From the NCBI GenBank assembly GCA_048882485.1, contig JBHLRP010000029.1, positions 1 to 39,493 on the forward strand: a stretch of DNA of 39,493 bases, in the 5' to 3' direction. Below the pieces are notes generated by a model, which worked only from the letters and a program-made list of their open reading frames with translations, was not told the DNA's origin and did not search any database. Origin of the DNA: Candidatus Thorarchaeota archaeon. Lineage in GTDB: Archaea > Asgardarchaeota > Thorarchaeia > Thorarchaeales > Thorarchaeaceae. Positions 1 to 7,500 of this stretch are shown one piece after another. Position numbers and translations under genes: made by a program. Numbering within the stretch: position 1 is the first letter of the stretch; the number at the start of each line of letters is the position of its first letter.

Positions 1-2
1 AC

Positions 3-2909
3 CAAACCCTCTTCTCAACCAGAGTGTTTTCAAATCCAGTGGTTCCGGATTCTGATGGAGATGGCGTCGATGATTGTGAGGAATATCTGAGCAATCTCAA
101 TCCCAAGTCACAGGATACCGATGGCGATGGCAAGAAGGACAAGGCTGGCCCTAGGTTCGTAACAGAATCTCACTTTGAATGGAAGACGACCTATCACCTA
201 GAACGAGAAGATTACTGTCCTGATTTCGCGATAGACTCGAATGGGTTCATCTATGCAGGCACTGAAGTAGGAATCGTTAAGGGGGATAACATTAGGTATG
301 GAATCCTCAAGTTCTCGCCTGATGGCACGTTTATTGAAGATTGGGGTGATTATGCATCTACGCTCGCCATTGATGAAAGCAACGGGTGGCTGTACTATTG
401 GAATGAGGAAGGAGTACACAGGACTGATCCCAGCTCTTTCGATCCGACGCTCATGTTTGAAGAAAACGATTTTGTCAATTCATTAGACGTCGATTCTTCA
501 GGAGATATTTATCTAGCCTTTGATAGTGCCTACAACTCCATAGTTGAGAAGCGAAGTCTCACGGGAGAGGTGCTAGCGGGACCTTGGGGAGGCAACGGTC
601 CCAGTCCTGATCAATTTGGTACAATTCAGGCTATAGCCGTTGATGATGTGAATGAATATGTCTACGTCGCTGATAATCGCGAAGAGTTTGGTCAGCCAAA
701 TCGAGTAGCGAAGATAGATATGAGTGACGGTTCGATTATGACCGCTTTACCAGACGGCTTCATTAATCCACAAGGAGTGGTTGTTGATTCGAATCAGCAA
801 GTCTATGTTGTCGACAATGAAGGTAGATGTATCAGGAAGTTTGACCCAAACGGGTTTGAAGACACGAACTTCATAATTCGAGGAACTGACTCCGAGAATT
901 TCACCTGGGACCACTCCCGCACACCAGGGTTGTCAATGGATATTGATTCCAACCTGAATATTATAGTAGCGGCCTGGAATGGTGGGGGCGCGGGCAATTT
1001 TACGAAGTTCTCACAGACGCAAGTAAACGCTAGTGATGTCATACCAAATACAAATCCTGACTGGGATGCAGATGGACTGTCGAATATTGATGAGGATGAT
1101 GGGTGGAAGCTCAATGTCGAATTCAACGCAACTTATGCATGCACATTCAATGTGACGAGTGACCCGCGACTCAATGATACAGATTTCGATGGACTTTCTG
1201 ATTACGAAGAGTTCATCCTTGGTTCGAATCCGCTAATTCCGGATACAGACCTCGATGGATTACCAGACCTTGATGAGAGCATTCTGGGAACAAACATCAC
1301 ATGCTGGGACACCGACGGAGAAGCGTTGGGAGACGGCACTGAGGTCACATTCGGTAGCGACCCCCTTAAGCCTGACTCTGACGAAGAAGGATTATCAGAC
1401 CTTCTTGAGTTTCAATATGGCTCAAATCCGAGAAGCATAGATACAGACGAGGATGGACTCACTGATTTCTGGGAGTACCTTCATGGGACAAACCTACTTC
1501 ATGCGGACTCTGACGGTGACTTCAGTTTTGATGGTGCTGAGAATGTACTCGGCACGGATCCCACAAATCCAGATGCGGATGGAGACGGGCTAAGAGATGG
1601 CGATGAGTACCTCCATGGTACAGACCCTCTAAACAATGATTCAGATGATGACGGAGCGCCTGATGGATATGAAGTGTCTGTCATGCTGGATCCATTAAAT
1701 AATGATACGGACGGTGATGGCATCCCTGATCTGGAAGAGCTTGAATGGGGGAGCAACCCCTGGAATTCCGATTCTGACTTTGATGGCGTCCCAGACATGC
1801 AGGATCCAGACACATTTGCTGAGTTTGCTGGGCCTGTGATTCTAGCATGTGATTGGGATGAATATAATTACACTCGTGATTTCGCACAGGGTCTTGGAAA
1901 TTACACCGAAGTCATAGTAGTTTCATTGGAGGAATTGATGGCAAGCTACACGGACTATCAGTACATAGTCCTTGTCGGGCGGGCAGATCCTGGGAGTGAA
2001 ACTGTTGCTGGACTCACCTATGAAATCTTGGAGGATACTGGCAGTGTACTTGCAGACATGATGCAACCTGATTCACATGAGATTGCAATTCGCCACTGTG
2101 TCTGGAATAGTCCTCAGACAGTTGTCATCCTCTCTAGTGCGTATTCAGCGGATGTCTATAATGTGCTCCAGATTCTCAGGAGCAGAAACGTGACGATATT
2201 GGCTGATTCGTTCATAGCGGAGTATCAAATAATACCAGTGAGTCATGCGTTAAATGTTGAATATTCTTTTGCACTGGATGGTATAGACATGGTAAAAGCA
2301 ACGGACTCAGTAATTGGAGTCGTATTGATGAGTTCGGAACTACCATGTATTCAAGTGACTCGATATAACACCACAAATACGCCACATATGCTGACCCATC
2401 AAAATGGCCTTGAAGAAGGGGATGAGGCTATGTCTAGATTTTTAGAAGTTTCAGTCACCTCTAACGGAGCGGCGAGTATCCCTGTGCATGAAGCTCTTAT
2501 CGTGGTCTATTATCGGTTCTCTGACATTGACCGAAACGGAGATGGAAGCTTTGATGGCATTATAGACTTCAATGAAACTACTCTGACAATGTATTGGTAT
2601 GATGATGTCACCGATACATGGACAAAGCTGTCAAGAGATTTAGATTGGGTGTTGGATATGGGTGTCAATACCACAGACACCGAAGTCTATGGCGAGGCAT
2701 ATGCAGGATATGTCTGGGCTCGAGTTACTCATCTCTCACTCTATGGCATTGGAGGAAAATTGAATGCAATAATGATACCTCCACCAAACCTGCTTTTGAT
2801 TTTAGTTGCTCTGTGTGGTTTCACCGGGATAATTATTGTTGCAGTTTGGATTAGAAGACGCAAGGCGATGCCTGAATTTGAAGCAGACTTCAGCAGCCTA
2901 ATGGAATGA
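3..2909 (+). CDS. Large Ca-binding cell-surface protein (5'-partial): NHL/beta-propeller, DxDxDG (TSP3-like) repeats, HLS-motif domain, C-terminal TM anchor
   Basis: Frame is open to the window edge upstream of GTG 24. NHL-like repeats (IQAIAVDD..YVYVAD; PQGVVVDSNQQVYVVD). More than 10 D(T/S)DxDG(L)xDxxE..G(T/S)(D/N)P repeats. Hydrophobic LLLILVALCGFTGIIIVAVWI followed by RRRK. Confidence 0.85.
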   Translation, partial: QTLFSTRVFSNPVVPDSDGDGVDDCEEYLSNLNPKSQDTDGDGKKDKAGPRFVTESHFEWKTTYHLEREDYCPDFAIDSNGFIYAGTEVGIVKGDNIRYGILKFSPDGTFIEDWGDYASTLAIDESNGWLYYWNEEGVHRTDPSSFDPTLMFEENDFVNSLDVDSSGDIYLAFDSAYNSIVEKRSLTGEVLAGPWGGNGPSPDQFGTIQAIAVDDVNEYVYVADNREEFGQPNRVAKIDMSDGSIMTALPDGFINPQGVVVDSNQQVYVVDNEGRCIRKFDPNGFEDTNFIIRGTDSENFTWDHSRTPGLSMDIDSNLNIIVAAWNGGGAGNFTKFSQTQVNASDVIPNTNPDWDADGLSNIDEDDGWKLNVEFNATYACTFNVTSDPRLNDTDFDGLSDYEEFILGSNPLIPDTDLDGLPDLDESILGTNITCWDTDGEALGDGTEVTFGSDPLKPDSDEEGLSDLLEFQYGSNPRSIDTDEDGLTDFWEYLHGTNLLHADSDGDFSFDGAENVLGTDPTNPDADGDGLRDGDEYLHGTDPLNNDSDDDGAPDGYEVSVMLDPLNNDTDGDGIPDLEELEWGSNPWNSDSDFDGVPDMQDPDTFAEFAGPVILACDWDEYNYTRDFAQGLGNYTEVIVVSLEELMASYTDYQYIVLVGRADPGSETVAGLTYEILEDTGSVLADMMQPDSHEIAIRHCVWNSPQTVVILSSAYSADVYNVLQILRSRNVTILADSFIAEYQIIPVSHALNVEYSFALDGIDMVKATDSVIGVVLMSSELPCIQVTRYNTTNTPHMLTHQNGLEEGDEAMSRFLEVSVTSNGAASIPVHEALIVVYYRFSDIDRNGDGSFDGIIDFNETTLTMYWYDDVTDTWTKLSRDLDWVLDMGVNTTDTEVYGEAYAGYVWARVTHLSLYGIGGKLNAIMIPPPNLLLILVALCGFTGIIIVAVWIRRRKAMPEFEADFSSLME
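1056..1820 (+). repeat. Intragenic tandem ~22-aa acidic Ca-binding repeats (TSP3-like)
   Basis: DTDFDGLSDYEE..GSNP, DTDLDGLPDLDE..GTN, DSDEEGLSDLLE..GSNP, DADGDGLRDGDE..GTDP etc. Confidence 0.85.
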
Positions 2910-3161
2910 AATGGAAAATCTACAGATCTATCGCAATGATAAGAAATGGTTGAAGATAGCGAGTGTTCTTTATCAAAAGCTGTGACGAGATAATTGTGTG
3001 TACACCGCTGTCAACTCTCCAGAGCGCAGCAAATAATAGATGAACTCCAGAAATGTGGACTTTGGGCTTCTGTGCTCAATTTGAGTTTCAGCATAAATAT
3101 AAGGTGCAGGGAAAAAGTGCAGCAATTATCCAGCCTGGATGATATTCCGTGGGGGATTGAA

Positions 3162-3953
3162 ATGAAATACACAAGACCAGCAATCGTGTCCATTATTACG
3201 ATCATACCCTTGACGGTGTTGTTCAGTGTAACAAGCGCTGCAGGGTGGGTGGTCCTACTGTTTCCCGTTTCTGCTATTATTGGAACCCTAATTGGCTTCG
3301 CATTAGCCCCTCTCCTCCTGTGGGTCTACAAGAAGTATATGGGAAGAAATAACCTGTTTGCTATACAAGAACAGCATGCAATGGAGAGGTCGCATGGTAT
3401 GCTTATGGGATTCTTCCCCGCATTGATGGCGACGAACTTCACTCTCACTCTGATATTCGATCCTACAATCATGGATGTGCCATTTTTCCAAGATTATTAT
3501 CTACAATGGAACAGTATCATATTCCTGTTCTTTGTCCTAGGTGCCTTGTTACAGGCTCCTGCATTTGCTCTCTTTTCCGCCGCTTGGATAATCGACGAGG
3601 CCGGGATTGTGCTAATGAGCAAATATGGTGCGGCCGAACTACAGGCAATTGGCAAGTGGTATCTAGCACTACTGAAAGGCTATGCAGGCATAGGCGTCGT
3701 CATTGCCTTGTACCAATTCACCTTCGACTTTCTGGGCACGTATGGTAGCCAAGTGCATTGGTCCGCAGTTCTCTTTCTGTTCATCCTACCAATTATCGTC
3801 ACACTGTGGGTAATTCCTGCAATAATGCTTGTAGGTGCAACGGAAGGAAGGCGACGGAGATACATTCTCGGATTTGCCAAAAGGCTTGGTATTAGGAATG
3901 AATTCGAGCTGACTGTTAGAAGACTTGATGATGGCTCAATGCATCATGATTAA
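3162..3953 (+). CDS. Multi-pass membrane protein of unknown function
   Basis: About 6 hydrophobic segments. ATG 3162 follows GGGGA and is preferred to GTG 2994. Confidence 0.7.
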   Translation: MKYTRPAIVSIITIIPLTVLFSVTSAAGWVVLLFPVSAIIGTLIGFALAPLLLWVYKKYMGRNNLFAIQEQHAMERSHGMLMGFFPALMATNFTLTLIFDPTIMDVPFFQDYYLQWNSIIFLFFVLGALLQAPAFALFSAAWIIDEAGIVLMSKYGAAELQAIGKWYLALLKGYAGIGVVIALYQFTFDFLGTYGSQVHWSAVLFLFILPIIVTLWVIPAIMLVGATEGRRRRYILGFAKRLGIRNEFELTVRRLDDGSMHHD

Positions 3954-4098
3954 AAATGGAAACGAATCAAAAGACAAGGAAAAGAGAGATTCACTGGAAA
4001 AAGCGAAGACTTTTACTAGCTTTTTGCAATGGAGTTATCATTAGGTCTTGCTGCAGCAGAAAACTATGCACAGCCTTGCCCGGGACGAGTCGATAGAT

Positions 4099-4494
4099 AT
4101 GAGCACCACATGGTTCATTGCAAAGGAGTATCTCAAGAGACTGGAGGTCAATTTCGAGGAACATGGAAGAAAGACCTTCAGTTTGTACCCATATGGACCG
4201 ACTGAAACCAAGGAGATTGAAGTATTCCCCGGCAAGCACTGGATCACACTCACAACAAGGCTCATGGACTTGAGCACTGTTTCAAAGAGGACCAAACTAT
4301 ATGAAATGCTCTTGAAATCAAATGCTAGGCTAGCAGAAATGACATTTGGCATAGACAAGAAGAACTATCTGATAATCAGAAATGCGATGCCAGTCACTGG
4401 CATCTCGTATGATGTCTTCAACACCACATATGAGGCACATCTTGCAGGAATCAGGTTCTTCCATAACAAGCTGAAACCGACTTTCATTTCGTAG
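4099..4494 (+). CDS. YbjN/CesT (T3SS-chaperone fold)-like small protein
   Basis: Pattern LYEMLLKSNARLAEMTFGID..YLIIR typical of YbjN/CesT-fold proteins; start at ATG 4099 is inferred. Confidence 0.6.
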   Translation: MSTTWFIAKEYLKRLEVNFEEHGRKTFSLYPYGPTETKEIEVFPGKHWITLTTRLMDLSTVSKRTKLYEMLLKSNARLAEMTFGIDKKNYLIIRNAMPVTGISYDVFNTTYEAHLAGIRFFHNKLKPTFIS

Positions 4495-4525
4495 AAAGGC
4501 GAATCTACTTCTGGAATATGATATG

Positions 4526-4559
4526 AGAAAAAGAGAGGGTAGAGGGGGTCACCCCCCTC
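4526..4559 (-). terminator. Hairpin plus pyrimidine/T tract terminator of the giant gene
   Basis: GAGGGGG-TCAC-CCCCCTC 7-bp stem at 4542-4559, followed on the minus strand by CCCTCTCTTTTTCTC. Confidence 0.6.
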
Positions 4560-4563
4560 CGTC

Positions 4564-7500
4564 TTACCATTCGTAAGATGTACGACTTCGGCGTCGCCTA
4601 CGGACAAGACCGCCGATCATGGCAAGGACAAATCCTCCGCCTCCCAGAAGCATCAGCATGTCCATGTCAAGATCAAATCCTCCAGGATATGTGGTCTGTC
4701 TGCCACCGACAATGTAGCTACTGACCTGAGATTGATAGTCGCCACTCTGTGTATAGACCATAACCATGTAGTAGACCTCTGTCTGGTCCTCAAAAGGCGG
4801 AATTGTACCCACATAGGTATATTCGCCTTCCTTCGACATCGGATCAGACCACCAATTCTCGCCGTCTGAGCCGTACAGGAGGTCAACGCCATAGATTGGT
4901 TCAGTCTCAGAATAGACATCTACTCTCACTGTAACGGTGTCGGTCGCAGTAGGTGTGGCTATATCAAGCGTCAATGGACCGATGTACATGCCCTCGGGCA
5001 GTTCTGGTGCACCAGCCCTTGATACGTAGCTTACAAACACTGGGTCCTGGTAGACACTGTAGCCATCCCATTGAGGGAAGCCAATCGTCACGTAGAACAT
5101 GTTAGAGCCAAATGACCAGGAAGTCGCTGACTTGCCGTTATCTGACTCAAACGCTGTTCGGAAGGTACCAACAGGCGTGGTGTAGCTGACGACATCATAG
5201 GGAGCAGAAGTGTTCTTGCCCCAGTCATAGGTCACACCGCCCATGATCATCTTCGCGAACTGTGCTGTTGCCGTTTCAAACTCGAAGACATCTGCACTAA
5301 CGGTCATCTCATTGTCCGCGACGGATCCTTCTGCCTTGAAGGCGAAGTCGTGCATATTCACGTCTGCGAAGTAATTGAGAGCCAGAGAGCGGTTCTCCAA
5401 GTTATCGCGACCACCAATCATGTCGACATCCCAGTTGCCAACATAGTTGTCGACCTTGATGTCAGCGTAGTTGTTCAGTGACTCTGCGTCAATGTATCCC
5501 TGGAAGTGCACTAAGAAAGAAAGCTCATCGATAACCACCTCAGTGGGTCGCTGATCAAAGCCTCTCAGGTCAGAACCAGTCATGAAGCCATCGTACCAAC
5601 CCCAATAGCCATCCAGAGTGAATGGGAACGATGTCCCATTAATCTCATAGAAGTTCACGCCCCAAGTGACCTCATCCAAGAGGTCTAGGTGCATGTAGCC
5701 TTGAGAGTCGGGATTGCCATAGGCCTGGCCTGGAGTGACAAATCCAACGCTGCCGACAGAATCGGGAATCAGATAATGACTGAGTTCACCGCTGCCGGGG
5801 TCGAATAAGTCGACATCCATCTGACCGTTGTCGTTTAGATCTTCCCAGATCATTAGACCGCTATACTCATAGTGCATTCCGATACGAGCCCAGTGCTCTG
5901 TACCGAAGTCATCGTAACTTGTGCCATAGTCTTGACCCACGCCAAAGCTCATCCAAGTCCAAGTCTGCTCATTCGATGTGATCCAGTCCCAGCCATTGGC
6001 CTCTGCTTCAGCAACGAGATCTGCCCATGTAACGTTCTTGGCCATATGAGAGATGTCCCAGTATCCTGGGCGAGCATCGCCCTCAGCAGTCAAAAGAGTG
6101 TCTTTGACATTCTGCATTTCTACAGCATCGAGCTGAACCATATCAGTCGTGTACCAATAGAAGGTCTGTGACCATTCATAGGTCCAGGAGAAGATGTCTA
6201 GACCTAGCCAAGAATTGACATTCATCTCATCACCCCGGATCGTGCCATTCGGATCCCAGGTTATGTGGACATCCATTCGATCCCAGGTGTGTGTCCAGCT
6301 GTCAGTTGACGTGTACTGCTCCTGTACGAAGTACTGGTCATCCACTGTGTCAAGGTCTCCGTCAAGGTCAAGAGCACCGTTCTCAGGATTGATATCCCAA
6401 TTTTTCAAGCCCCACATGCCCCATTCGGGAACACCAATAATGAGATCGTAGAAGTTCTTGTAGACATCACTCTGGATTGGAGAGGGACCATATACTAGAG
6501 CATAGCCCCATCTCTGACGCATCCGTTCGATGCTCTCAAAGGCCGCAGTAGCAGTAACGGGAGTTCCAAGATAATCGAACTGGAGGACATCATGACCGCC
6601 CAACTGCATATTCAAGAATAGCGTTCCTGAATATGAAGCATTGTGGACTGTATACCCCCAGACATTCATGCCCCAGTAATAGATGAGATAGGTTTCTGAC
6701 ATGAAGTCAAAGACAGTGCCATTCATGGGACTTTCATGGGTATATACCAAATGCCTGCCAACTCGTGTGGCACTATCAAAGTCAGGAACCTCAAGATATG
6801 TGCCATTGATGAGACAATACTCATACCAGGACGAGTTGCCATCTTCGTAGTAGTATGGATAGTCCTGAGCAGAATAGAAGGCCACTCCAGAGTAATCATA
6901 TTCATTCAGAAGCATCGCATAGGAGTAGTTGGCAATCCACTTCGTCCCATTGAAGAGGTCAATGACATAGTAGCCATGCATTGAGTCCCAACGGGGCTGA
7001 CCCATCATGTCAGGAGTGTAGTACTGTATTGTTTCAACCTCAGAGAAGAGCAGATCGTTATTGAAAGCACCAACAACACCCTCGACTCCTACTCTAAGTG
7101 GAGCCCAGATGTCTGTCCCATTAGCAACAGAGTGGGGTACATAGGTCATGTCCAGAGAGTATGTTGCACCTGCAATGTCTGCAAAGTAGTCCAACGAGAT
7201 GTTGTATACTGGATAGGCCTTGTCATTGTAGAGCAGTGACTTGGTAGTTGGCACAAAGCCGCCCTCAGAGATTGTGTGACTCATCTCATAGTGCCAAGGA
7301 GCGTTTGCACCAGGATAGGGCATTTCGTGTTTAATACCTTCAGACTCGTGGAACCAGAACCGATGCTGGTCGTATGTAAACAGCATTGCTTCAGATCCCT
7401 CGAAGTCAGCTATGTAGTAGCGCTCGGGCCAGCTACAGATTTGCCACTTGCCTTCAATGAAGATATGGTAGTAGTAGTCTGTTTCGCTATAGACCATCTC

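Noticed and set aside
1056-1820. CRISPR-like periodicity
   Set aside because: The repeats are degenerate at DNA level and explained by in-frame protein repeats.
2994-3161. N-terminal extensions in the ORF track (also starts at 20735, 21569, 23663, 29392)
   Set aside because: Downstream starts fit better by RBS, overlap or the start of the recognisable domain.
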